Shown one piece after another: positions 1 to 9,234 of a DNA stretch of 64,000 bases. The stretch is from positions 16,185 to 80,184 of the forward strand of contig CAXXCW010000021.1 in NCBI GenBank assembly GCA_963662725.2, given 5' to 3'. Each line of letters opens with the position of its first letter. Position 1 is the first letter of the stretch. The stretch comes from an uncultured Sphaerochaeta sp. Its GTDB lineage: Bacteria > Spirochaetota > Spirochaetia > Sphaerochaetales > Sphaerochaetaceae. The position numbers and the translations under genes were made by a program. The notes beneath the pieces are model-generated. The model was given only the letters and a program-made list of their open reading frames with translations, was not told the DNA's origin and did not search any database.

Positions 1-174
1 GGTGCTCCAATAGGGATCTGGTATGAGTTCCTGCTCAAGGAGTGCCGAATGGATTTCACCTGGAAGGGTGCAGGGAACAGATGCGTTGGTCAGGAAATAT
101 TTGCAATAGGGTGCGACGGCCTTGCTGTCTTTTGGAGAGAGGGCCCACTGCCCGTTAAGATCGATGGTATGCAT
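1..174 (-). CDS. GH2 beta-mannosidase-like glycoside hydrolase, N-terminal part (runs off window start)
   Basis: Not in ORF track; manual translation after AAGGAGG SD gives MHTIDLNGQWALSPKDSKAVAPYCKYFLTNASVPCTLPGEIHSALLEQELIPDPYWST, matching the GH2 mannosidase N-terminal pattern L-x-G-x-W...P-x-x-x-PG-x-x-H...IPDPY. Confidence 0.7.
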   Translation of the reverse strand, partial: MHTIDLNGQWALSPKDSKAVAPYCKYFLTNASVPCTLPGEIHSALLEQELIPDPYWST

Positions 175-726
175 TGATGATCCTCCTTGGCGCAGTATAC
201 CACACAAGGGCCTCTCTGGCTTCGGAAGATGCATATTGCAGGGCATCTTTTGGTGATGCAGACAGGAAAAGAAGGCGTGAAGCGGGCATGCATATGAATC
301 TGTTCAGGAAATTGCTTCAGCAGGACAGCTTTCCAAAACAGGTTCCATGAGGCTCATAAGGCCCTTGCTGCCGGTTGCCGAGCATCCTCCTCCCCGATGG
401 AAGCGTTCAAAAGAGATGGGGATCAGGGCCGGTACCCCAGAGGACAGGGGACCGATGTTGCAACAAACCTTGTTGCCAGCCTGATCGAGAAACGACAGGC
501 ATTCGAAAAAATGAGCACAGGCCAAAATTCAGGGACGCTGAGAGGTGCATGATTGAGTCTGCCCTACTTGCTGGGCGTGCCTGCATTTTGGGATAGGCCT
601 TTTTGTTACCCTTTCAATTATTCCGCCTCTGTCAGTTTACTCCAAGAATTTTTTTTGACAGATAGTCTTATTTGTCGTGCAAGGTACGTCTCAAACAACA
701 AATTTGTAATCAATACAATAATTTCT

Positions 727-756
727 TTGACAATTTTAAAAATTAGAATATATAAT
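727..756 (+). promoter_or_regulatory. sigma70-type promoter of the ABC operon
   Basis: TTGACA-N18-TATAAT in a very AT-rich intergenic region about 90 nt upstream of the binding-protein gene. Confidence 0.55.
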
Positions 757-846
757 GATTAATAAGAAAATATTCTTAATGTTGTTTCCATTCTCAAAAT
801 CCCAAAGTAGAACTGTTGGTTTCACATGAAAAAAAAGGAGAAAATT

Positions 847-1881
847 ATGAAAAAAAGGAACTTGTGGGTCTTGGCTCTAGTCTTGATCATGGTGATGCCC
901 CTTTGGGCTACAGGAAAGACTGAGTCACAAGCTGACGCGGGGAAAGGCATGGTTGTCTCATATAACACCCCCAACCAATGGGCAAACTGGGGTGCTGTAT
1001 TAAAGGCCTTCACAGAAAAGACAGGCATTACAGCTCCATCGGACCCAAAGAACTCAGGGCAGACAATGGCAGCCCTTGAAGCTGAGGCAAAGGTTCCCTC
1101 AGCCGATACAGCGTATTTTGGAATTGTATTTGGGATTGAAGCAGCAAAAAAGGGTCTTCTGGAAGGCTACAAGCCAATCAATTTCAATGAAATACCCTCA
1201 AACCTCAAAGATGCAGATGGGCGATGGTTTACCATCCACCAAGGTTCCATCGCTTTTATCGTCAATACCGCAGAAATGAAGGGAATTCCCATACCAACAA
1301 GTTGGGAAGACTTACTTGATGCGAAATATGCTGGGAAAGTGGGGTTTCTTGATCCCACACAAGCTGCAGTCGGCTACTCAGTATACACAGCTGGTAATCT
1401 GGCTATGGGTGGCACTTTGGAAAATTGGGATCCGGGTGTGGCGTACTTTAGGAAACTCAAGGAAAATGGGCTTATCCTTCCTGCCCAAACCGCGACAGCT
1501 ATGGTTCAGCAGGGTGAGATTCCCATTCTGATCGATGCTGATTTCAACGGATACAAACTGAAGTACATTGACAATGCCCCTGTTGAGATTGTTATTCCTG
1601 AGGAAGGCTCGATTTCAATCCCTTATGTGATTTCACTGGTTAAAGGTGCCCCGAATGCAGAAAATGGCAAAGCATTGTTGGATTTTACCCTTTCCGACGA
1701 AGGCCAGAAATTATTTACTGAAAGTTATTTGCGCCCGGTTCGTAACATTGCCATCGATGCTGAAATTTCAGCCCGAATGCTTCCGGACAGCGACTACAAG
1801 CGCGTATTGTATCCAGATTTCATCAAGATGCGTGAGGTACAGGACGTTGCCTCCGAACGTTGGCGCTCCGAAGTTCGCTAA
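847..1881 (+). CDS. ABC transporter substrate-binding protein (AfuA/PotD-like family)
   Basis: Signal peptide; motifs IPTSWEDLLDAKYAGKV and VIPEEGSISIPY; ATG 847 follows AAGGAG; first gene of an ABC operon. Confidence 0.9.
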   Translation: MKKRNLWVLALVLIMVMPLWATGKTESQADAGKGMVVSYNTPNQWANWGAVLKAFTEKTGITAPSDPKNSGQTMAALEAEAKVPSADTAYFGIVFGIEAAKKGLLEGYKPINFNEIPSNLKDADGRWFTIHQGSIAFIVNTAEMKGIPIPTSWEDLLDAKYAGKVGFLDPTQAAVGYSVYTAGNLAMGGTLENWDPGVAYFRKLKENGLILPAQTATAMVQQGEIPILIDADFNGYKLKYIDNAPVEIVIPEEGSISIPYVISLVKGAPNAENGKALLDFTLSDEGQKLFTESYLRPVRNIAIDAEISARMLPDSDYKRVLYPDFIKMREVQDVASERWRSEVR

Positions 1882-1906
1882 AGTTTGAGGGAAGGGAGGG
1901 GTAACA

Positions 1907-2755
1907 ATGGAAACACATACTTGGAAAAGGATCAGGGTGGCCTTGCTTGCTTTAATTTTCCCTGTCTTGCTGGCTGGATTCTTAGGATGGCCGTTGCTGT
2001 CTCTAGGTTTGCAAAGTCTTGTGAGTGAGCAAGGGGGCTTTACCGTATCGCTTTACAAGGAGGTCTTGGTCAGCAAGCAGTATCTTGTTTCATTTTGGAA
2101 TACTTTCCTTCTCTCCCTCTTATCTACTCTCGTTGCACTTCTCATTTGCATTCCTGCCGGAATCTATATCGAGGGTGCGACGGGAAGGGACCGGAAGCTT
2201 CTGGCCATAGCCTTAACCATACCCTTGAGTTTGCCAGGGATTGTCATAGGCTTTTTTGTCATCATTACGTTTGGGTTCACTGGGGTTGTTCCCAAGCTGA
2301 TTGAAATACTCACTGGAACCAGGCGTCTTGCGTTTGCCTATACTTTTTATGGCATGCTCCTAGGATATGTCTATTTTCAGATCCCGCGGGTAGTGCTGAC
2401 TATTCGAGGTGCAATCTCCAACATCTCTCAAGATGTTTTGGATTCCTCAAGAACTCTTGGGGCTTCCACCCTACAGACCTATATCCATGTGATACTCCCT
2501 ACCTTAAAGCCCTCAATAATCAGTGCCGCGAGTTTGAGTATGGCTACTGGTTTTGGCGCATTCGGAACAGCCGCTACCCTAAGTAGGGGGTACCGAGTGG
2601 TCCCGCTTGAGATAGCAACTGCCTTTACGGAAAACTTTCAACCAAAACTTGCAGGGGCGATGAGCATTATCTTGGTACTCATTACAACCATGATGCTATT
2701 TGGGATAACGCGCATTGCAAATCTCGACAAATCCTCCAGAGGCGAAGGAGCATAA
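1907..2755 (+). CDS. ABC transporter permease
   Basis: Several TM segments, EAA-like loop DSSRTLGAS. Confidence 0.9.
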   Translation: METHTWKRIRVALLALIFPVLLAGFLGWPLLSLGLQSLVSEQGGFTVSLYKEVLVSKQYLVSFWNTFLLSLLSTLVALLICIPAGIYIEGATGRDRKLLAIALTIPLSLPGIVIGFFVIITFGFTGVVPKLIEILTGTRRLAFAYTFYGMLLGYVYFQIPRVVLTIRGAISNISQDVLDSSRTLGASTLQTYIHVILPTLKPSIISAASLSMATGFGAFGTAATLSRGYRVVPLEIATAFTENFQPKLAGAMSIILVLITTMMLFGITRIANLDKSSRGEGA

Positions 2756-2757
2756 GC

Positions 2758-3558
2758 ATGAAAGAACAGATAAGACAGCCCAAGGATCAGATTCGTAATG
2801 TAGGGAGAATCTTTGCATGGGCTTCTGCAACAATTTGTATAGCACCTCTTTTTCTGGTGTTCGCTGTTGCAACAACTGAGGTGTGGCAGCAAGGCCCATG
2901 GGCCGGTGGGTTTACCCTGAAGTGGTTGGCAGAGGGGTGGACCACTATCAGTCCCTATGCATTTTTCAGCATCAGGCTTGCATCTCTTGTCCTGATTCTG
3001 AATTTCATCATAGGGATTCCTACGTCCTGGGTACTCTCCCGCCATAAGTTTCCAGGTCGGGATTTTCTCTTCTCGTTAACAAATGTCCCCATTGCGGTCC
3101 CCGGAATTGCCATGGGGCTTGCACTGATCATTACCTATCCTTACCTGAGGAAAAATGGCTACCTGTTAGTAATTGGCCATTTGCTCTATACCCTTCCTTA
3201 TTTCATAAGTTCCCTCACTCCACAGCTTTCCGATACTTCTGTCAGGGATGTTGAGTGGGTTGCCGCCACCTTGGGCGCAAACTTTCCACGTAGGGTCTTT
3301 CATGTCATTCTTCCTAAGGTGAAGACTTCCTTGTTAGCTGCCACAATTATGGTGGTTACTCTTTCAATGGGTGAGTTTAATGTCTCTTTCTTTTTGTTCA
3401 ATCCCCAGAATAAACCTTTGCCTGTCGAACTCTACTCGGCATATATCACAGGTAGAATAGAAGTAGCGGCTGCTATTACCCTGTGTTTTCTCTGCTTCGT
3501 CGTACCAGCTGCAATACTTCTCGAGCGCCTTGGTGGTGCAAAGGTAGGAAACGTATGA
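2758..3558 (+). CDS. ABC transporter permease
   Basis: TM segments, EAA-like loop EWVAATLGA. Confidence 0.9.
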   Translation: MKEQIRQPKDQIRNVGRIFAWASATICIAPLFLVFAVATTEVWQQGPWAGGFTLKWLAEGWTTISPYAFFSIRLASLVLILNFIIGIPTSWVLSRHKFPGRDFLFSLTNVPIAVPGIAMGLALIITYPYLRKNGYLLVIGHLLYTLPYFISSLTPQLSDTSVRDVEWVAATLGANFPRRVFHVILPKVKTSLLAATIMVVTLSMGEFNVSFFLFNPQNKPLPVELYSAYITGRIEVAAAITLCFLCFVVPAAILLERLGGAKVGNV

Positions 3559-4604
3559 GTGCTTTAGTCAAGGCCGCTTCATTGCAATATGATCGGATTC
3601 AGTTCACCTATCCCGATGCAAAACAGCCAGCGTTGGATGATGTGCACGTAGAGGTGAACCCTGGGGAGATCGTTGTATTGGTTGGCCCTTCAGGGTGTGG
3701 GAAATCTACACTATTGAGAATAGCCGCTGGTCTTATCATACCAAGTCAAGGCAAGCTTATCATCGACGGTGAAGATGCCCTGGCACTTCCCCCAGAGAAA
3801 CGTGGAATAGGATGGGTTCCCCAGAGTTACGCCTTATTTGAGCATCTCAACATTGCAGAGAATGTTGGGTTTGGCCTGAAGATGCAAAAGGTCCCTAAAG
3901 CAGAAAGGGAGCAGCAGGTAGCAGAAATGCTCAAGCTCTGTCGTATTGAAGAGCTGGCAAAACGGTCTGTCAAGGCCCTGTCTGGAGGACAGAGACAGCG
4001 TGTGGCCATTGCTAGGGCTCTTGCTGTACGTCCTCGTGTACTGCTGCTGGATGAACCCTTGGCGGCTTTGGATCCGCAGCTTAGGATTGCAATCCGGGCA
4101 GACCTTGAGGAGTTGTTGCGCGCCAGTGGGGTAACCACTCTCTTTGTGACGCATGACCAGTCGGAGGCCCTTGCCATAGCTGATAGGGTAGTTGTCCTTC
4201 GGAATGGGAAGGTAGAGCAGATTGGGACTCCAGATGATTTGTGGCAGCATCCTGCAAATGCGTTTGTAGCAGAGTTCTTGAGTAATGCCATAACCACACA
4301 CGCAGTTGCTATCGGGTCGCAGAAAGTGTTGTTAGGTGGTTCTTTGGAATGCTTGATCAACAAGGCAGTCACCCAAGGCGAGAATATCTCTTTGGCTTTA
4401 CGCAAGGAGAATTTCGAGATAGGCCCAGGAGGACTCGAGGGGACAATTCAATTCAGCGAATACAATGGGGGTGTGTATCATCTAAGGGTAAAGACCAAGA
4501 CAGGAGAGGTTCTCCCAGTGAGAACTGTGGAAGAGTTGCCAATAGGAAGCTCCGTCCTTGTGAACTTCAGAAAAAATACAACTTTGTCGGTGGTTGGAAG
4601 ATGA
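3555..4604 (+). CDS. ABC transporter ATP-binding protein (PotA/AfuC family)
   Basis: Walker A GPSGCGKS, LSGGQRQRVA, LLLDEP, VTHDQ; ATG overlaps permease stop (ATGA). Confidence 0.95.
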   Translation: MSALVKAASLQYDRIQFTYPDAKQPALDDVHVEVNPGEIVVLVGPSGCGKSTLLRIAAGLIIPSQGKLIIDGEDALALPPEKRGIGWVPQSYALFEHLNIAENVGFGLKMQKVPKAEREQQVAEMLKLCRIEELAKRSVKALSGGQRQRVAIARALAVRPRVLLLDEPLAALDPQLRIAIRADLEELLRASGVTTLFVTHDQSEALAIADRVVVLRNGKVEQIGTPDDLWQHPANAFVAEFLSNAITTHAVAIGSQKVLLGGSLECLINKAVTQGENISLALRKENFEIGPGGLEGTIQFSEYNGGVYHLRVKTKTGEVLPVRTVEELPIGSSVLVNFRKNTTLSVVGR

Positions 4605-5410
4605 AAGAGACCTTACGAATAGTTGGGTGCAGGGCTGGGTCCCCCACCTACGGGAATCCTGCTTCTGGTACTCTCCTTACAACCTCAGAGGGCACCATCC
4701 TCATTGATTGTGGTCCGGGGGTCCTGGTAAATCTTACTGAACAAGAGGTGCGGAATCTTATCGGGGTCATCATCAGTCACAGGCACGCCGATCATTGTTT
4801 GGATCTGATGGCCCTGGCGTATAAGATCTTGTTTCCCTCCCTCCAAAAACCCATTCCCCTGTTCGGCCCCCCATCGTTGTCGGAGATGATCACCTCATAT
4901 GATGACCTGTTTGGTATACCTTCCTTGCCGACACTCAAGAGGCCAATAGCAACGGCCTTCTCTTTCACACCAGTGATCCCCGGTGGATCCTTTACTGTTG
5001 CAGAGGCTTTTACGTTCGAAACTGCACTGATGCATCATCCTGTTGAGACTATGGCTGTAAAATCTGTGGATTTCAATGTAGTGGTAACCGCTGATGGATC
5101 ATATACCGAAGAACTGCAGAAACTTTGCGCAGATTGTGATATTCTTGTAGCAGAGGCCACCTATCCTGATGATGAAGGCCGTCACTTGGAAGAACATGGG
5201 CACATGACCGCCGCTGTTTGTGCTTGCCTTGCAGAAAAAGCTGCTGTGAAGCATCTGATAGTCACCCACCTCTCAGATCCCGCCGACAGTGAAGTGACAA
5301 TTGCCCAGGTAAAGAAGCTTTTTCACGGCAATTCGATCCTGGCCAGTCCAGGGCTGACTCTAGATTGCTGTCGACCGTCTTTGTTGGGATATGTACAGAA
5401 GGAAGGGTAG
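4601..5410 (+). CDS. MBL-fold metallo-hydrolase (RNase Z/phosphodiesterase-like)
   Basis: LIDCGPG, SHRHADH (HxHxDH), EAT, HGHMT and THL motifs; ATG 4601 overlaps upstream stop. Confidence 0.85.
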   Translation: MKETLRIVGCRAGSPTYGNPASGTLLTTSEGTILIDCGPGVLVNLTEQEVRNLIGVIISHRHADHCLDLMALAYKILFPSLQKPIPLFGPPSLSEMITSYDDLFGIPSLPTLKRPIATAFSFTPVIPGGSFTVAEAFTFETALMHHPVETMAVKSVDFNVVVTADGSYTEELQKLCADCDILVAEATYPDDEGRHLEEHGHMTAAVCACLAEKAAVKHLIVTHLSDPADSEVTIAQVKKLFHGNSILASPGLTLDCCRPSLLGYVQKEG

Positions 5411-6165
5411 TGAAACAAGAAATGTCAGGTAAATCAAAAAGGGGGAGGCAATGGGTGCAAGGGGCATCTCTGCCCTTGCTTCCTCTGCCATCGAAAGTCT
5501 TTGAGGATAAAAAAGTTTCCACAAGCTCTCGGGTGTACCTGATTTTGCGTCATGCAATCCTTTCCGATGTTCTGGCTCCGGGAAGTTGGTTGAGACAGGA
5601 TGAGGTCTCAATGCAATTGTCCGTATCTCAGACGCCGGTTCGTGAAGCCCTCAGAACCTTGAGCAGGGAAAGGCTGGTGGAACTGATTCCGAATCATGGG
5701 GCTAAAGTGTCAGAGTTGTCCATCGAGGAGTTTGAAGAGATCTATGCGGTCAGGAAAGGAATAGAAAAGCTTGCTGTCCTACGTTCGGTCAAGTTGCTAT
5801 CGTTTGAAAAGCTTGAAGAGTTGCGCATAAAGTATGATGACTTGGCATCAATAGCCGACAGGGAGACCCTTGCTACATACCTTTCTGAGGAATGGAAGTT
5901 TCGAATGCTGATCTATCGTCTGGGATCTTCTGAGAGTTTTATTGAAGAGATACTCACATACCGTGAAAAGGCAGAACGCTATCTTCGCTATGCCTACACG
6001 TATGAAAACTCCATACAAGTGTCGTATGGGTTGCACAAGGAACTATTGGCGGCATGCGAAAGTGGGAATACGTTGCTAGCAGAAAAGATTGTAGAAAAGG
6101 CATTGAATTGGACTTTGGAGACAGCAGGGCCAGTACTTGCAAAAATCCTTTCCAGCCGCCAGTAA
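5410..6165 (+). CDS. GntR/FadR family transcriptional regulator
   Basis: wHTH LSVSQTPVREALRTL...PNHGAKV and FCD-like C-terminus; GTG start estimated. Confidence 0.85.
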   Translation: MKQEMSGKSKRGRQWVQGASLPLLPLPSKVFEDKKVSTSSRVYLILRHAILSDVLAPGSWLRQDEVSMQLSVSQTPVREALRTLSRERLVELIPNHGAKVSELSIEEFEEIYAVRKGIEKLAVLRSVKLLSFEKLEELRIKYDDLASIADRETLATYLSEEWKFRMLIYRLGSSESFIEEILTYREKAERYLRYAYTYENSIQVSYGLHKELLAACESGNTLLAEKIVEKALNWTLETAGPVLAKILSSRQ

Positions 6166-6210
6166 TGCGCCTCCTATACCTCTTTTTGCCCCAAGCTCAC
6201 TGATCAAGAA

Positions 6211-6237
6211 CAACGGCCTCCAAACTGGAGGCCGTTG
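6211..6237. terminator. stem-loop between convergent genes
   Basis: CAACGGCCTCCA-aac-TGGAGGCCGTTG, perfect 12-bp stem. Confidence 0.7.
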
Positions 6238-6277
6238 TAAAAAGATACACAATCGCTATAAAGGGTACTCTTTTTCA

Positions 6278-6808
6278 TTAGGTTGCTGCAAAAGTGAAGG
6301 TTACCGTTCCCAGATATGATCCTGACACTGCTGCATCAAAGGTGGTTGCATCGACCAATAGGGAGATTGCATGAGATTGTGCCTCAATAGCTGTCAGGGA
6401 GGCAACATCCAATACTGTAACTGCAGAAACTGGAGTTGAACCTGTGGTGGTCAGTCCCACAGAATTGGCCGTGACAGTGTAGTTGATGTAGGAATCAACA
6501 GAAGATACGGTACTCTTCATGGGTGTCGCACCCATAGTCACCTCATATCCTGTCCGGCTATTTGAGATGGTGCTCATATACGCCGTAAAGGTCTGTGCGC
6601 CACTGCTTGATATGGCAAGGTCGCCATATGCATCAAGGGCATCAAATGCTGACTCGGTATGAGGTGCAGCCCCTACAGAAGCCTCGGTCACCTTGATTTT
6701 CCCAATATCAGCTACCGTAGTGGTGACATCGAATGAATCGGTCACTGCAAATATGGGGGCGGCTACAGATACCAGGACCAGTAGTATTGTGATATATGTC
6801 TTTTTCAT
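6278..6808 (-). CDS. secreted beta-rich protein, pilin/fimbrial-subunit-like
   Basis: AAGGAG SD, signal peptide, S/T/A-rich mature region, C-terminal SGSYLGTVTFTF; function is inference. Confidence 0.75.
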   Translation of the reverse strand: MKKTYITILLVLVSVAAPIFAVTDSFDVTTTVADIGKIKVTEASVGAAPHTESAFDALDAYGDLAISSSGAQTFTAYMSTISNSRTGYEVTMGATPMKSTVSSVDSYINYTVTANSVGLTTTGSTPVSAVTVLDVASLTAIEAQSHAISLLVDATTFDAAVSGSYLGTVTFTFAAT

Positions 6809-7292
6809 ATGTAAACTCCTTTAGGAGCAATGCCCCTGGATCTGTACTGAAGATTCTCTGATTCTTTAGTACACTATTATAATAAGGTTTATGCACCTCT
6901 TATGTCAATACTATGGTGATAGTTTTATATAATAAAAATTAAATATTAATAAAGCAACTAACAAATTCATAATATGTAATAAGTTAAATCCATTATATCT
7001 GTTGATTGCATATGACAGGTGATTGGACTTATTAAGGAATATATCATACCAAAAGTAAGGACAATACATAGGAAGTGGGTATTGGTAAAACCATTTTCCA
7101 ATGCTAGTGGAAAGGCCTATTTTTGCTATTTTGAATGGGAAATGTGTTTCTTGCATTGAGATGTGCCGCCAAAAGAGAGAGTTCTCTTACTGGCTTTGTC
7201 AGTCTGGGCATATGCCCATATTCTCCAGCAAATCTCATCGCCCATCGGTGTGGACGGTTTTCCCTTACGGTATCTTGTCGTTGAGATGAGAT

Positions 7293-7326
7293 GGAGAGGG
7301 CTACCGCTTGTGCGATAGCCCTCTCC
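7293..7326 (-). terminator. stem-loop downstream of pfp
   Basis: GGAGAGGGCTA...TAGCCCTCTCC, 11-bp stem. Confidence 0.6.
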
Positions 7327-7391
7327 TGGAAAACCAAGACTATTGTATCCTGCTGCGTCTGATACTGTTCTGTACCTTGCAAGCCTTTTGG

Positions 7392-9050
7392 TTATTTGGC
7401 CTGCTCGAGAGCGAGGGTGCGGGTTGTCTGGTCACAGACTTCAGCAGGCCCGAAGTACTGCACTGCCCCCGGATACACAAAGCATGTCTGTCGTGCCCAC
7501 TTGTCACGATGTGCGGCAAAGTACTTGAAAGGCTCTCCCTCAAGTTCGACCAGGGCCTTCTTTATGACAGGCTTCATCGAACCGTGGCGTTGCTCGAGGT
7601 TCATCATCATGGTGATGGGGATCCCGCCTGCATTCCATTCAGTTGCGGGTTTTGAGAGGTTTGTTACCGATGAGATGTATCCGGTCAAGTCCCCTCCAAT
7701 GAGCATGAATGCGTTATAGCCGAGGCTGTAGCAGTAGTCTGCATCAAAATTGGTGGGGAATGCACATCTGCCCTCATATCCGAAGAAGTGTGTCATGGTG
7801 CTGAACGAACCTGTGTAGGCCCCTTCACTCTTCATTTTCTTGAGTTGGGCCCCAACCATGGAGGCAAGCAGCTTGTCAGTCTCAATTCTGGAGACCTGCA
7901 CGTTGCCGTGTGGGTCTCTGTCCATCAGAAGCTGCTTCTGAATGTCCTTGGGCAGGATGGAGAATACATTGCGGCTTGCTTGGGAAAGCCGCTCTGAAAC
8001 AAAGGCAACACGCTCTGAACTGTCGTTACAGGCAGAGAAGGCAACGATTTCCTTGGCCAGCAGGTTGTTGATCTCCTCGATAAGGTACTTTATCTCAGGG
8101 ATGAACTCCACAAGCCCTTCAGGAATCAGGACAACACCAAAGTTGTTGTTGTCCTCAGCCCTTGCTGCAACAGCCTTGGCGATATGATCCACGATGCTGG
8201 TCAATGACTGCTTGTTCGCCTCAACCTCTTCGCTGATAAGGCAGATGTTCGGTTGGGTCTCCAAGGCACACTCCAAGGCGATATGGCTTGCACTTCGGCC
8301 CATGAGCTTGATGAAATGCCAGTATTTCTTGGCACTGTTGGCATCACGTTCGATGTTGCCGATCAGTTCGCTGTAGGTCTTGGTTGCTGTATCGAAGCCG
8401 AAGGATATCTCGATTGAATCGTTCTTCAGGTCTCCATCAATGGTCTTTGGACATCCTATGACCTGGATATCGTGTCCCTTCTCCTTGAAGTACTCTGCAA
8501 GGACAGCTGCATTGGTGTTGGAGTCGTCCCCTCCGATGATGACAAGGGCTCGTATCTCATGCTTCTTGCATACCTTTGCGCATATTTCAAACTGCTCTGA
8601 GGTCTCAAGCTTGGTTCTGCCGCTTCCGATGATGTCAAAGCCTCCGGTGTTGCGGAAGGGTGCGAGGAACTCCTCAGTTATCTGGGTATAGGAGTCTTCA
8701 AGGATGCCGCTGGGGCCTCCCTTGAATCCGAACAGTTCGTTTTCCGGGTTAGCTGCCTTCATCGCATCAAACAGGCCGCTGATGACGTTATGTCCGCCTG
8801 GGGCTTGCCCACCACTGAGGATAACTCCGACATTGCGTTTTGCCGTGATAGCCTTGTTCTCGCCCTTTGCAAAAGAGACGGACGGAAGGCCGCATGTGTG
8901 GGGGAAGAGGGTCTTGATGGCCTCTTTGTCCTGGGCAGGTGATGTCTCCATCCCTACTACCGGCAGGATGTTCCTGATGTCCTCGGTGAGGATGGCGGGA
9001 AGTTTCGGCTGATACGTATAGCGCAAACGCTGAAGGGGTGATATGTCCAT
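7392..9050 (-). CDS. pfp: pyrophosphate-dependent phosphofructokinase (long type)
   Basis: [40 protein letters not shown]. Confidence 0.95.
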   Translation of the reverse strand: MDISPLQRLRYTYQPKLPAILTEDIRNILPVVGMETSPAQDKEAIKTLFPHTCGLPSVSFAKGENKAITAKRNVGVILSGGQAPGGHNVISGLFDAMKAANPENELFGFKGGPSGILEDSYTQITEEFLAPFRNTGGFDIIGSGRTKLETSEQFEICAKVCKKHEIRALVIIGGDDSNTNAAVLAEYFKEKGHDIQVIGCPKTIDGDLKNDSIEISFGFDTATKTYSELIGNIERDANSAKKYWHFIKLMGRSASHIALECALETQPNICLISEEVEANKQSLTSIVDHIAKAVAARAEDNNNFGVVLIPEGLVEFIPEIKYLIEEINNLLAKEIVAFSACNDSSERVAFVSERLSQASRNVFSILPKDIQKQLLMDRDPHGNVQVSRIETDKLLASMVGAQLKKMKSEGAYTGSFSTMTHFFGYEGRCAFPTNFDADYCYSLGYNAFMLIGGDLTGYISSVTNLSKPATEWNAGGIPITMMMNLEQRHGSMKPVIKKALVELEGEPFKYFAAHRDKWARQTCFVYPGAVQYFGPAEVCDQTTRTLALEQAK

Positions 9051-9234
9051 GATGGCTCCTTATGGTTCTGATTCTGTGTTCTCCACAACCATAGAACAAA
9101 AATGGCGTTCTTTTCAAGCTATAACGGATTTTTGCAAGGGTAAAGTAGACGAAATATCTGTTTTGCAACAGGTTAGCTTCTTTTTGTTGCAACCTGACTC
9201 CCTATCTGGTATACCCTATGTGGGGGGGAGTTGT

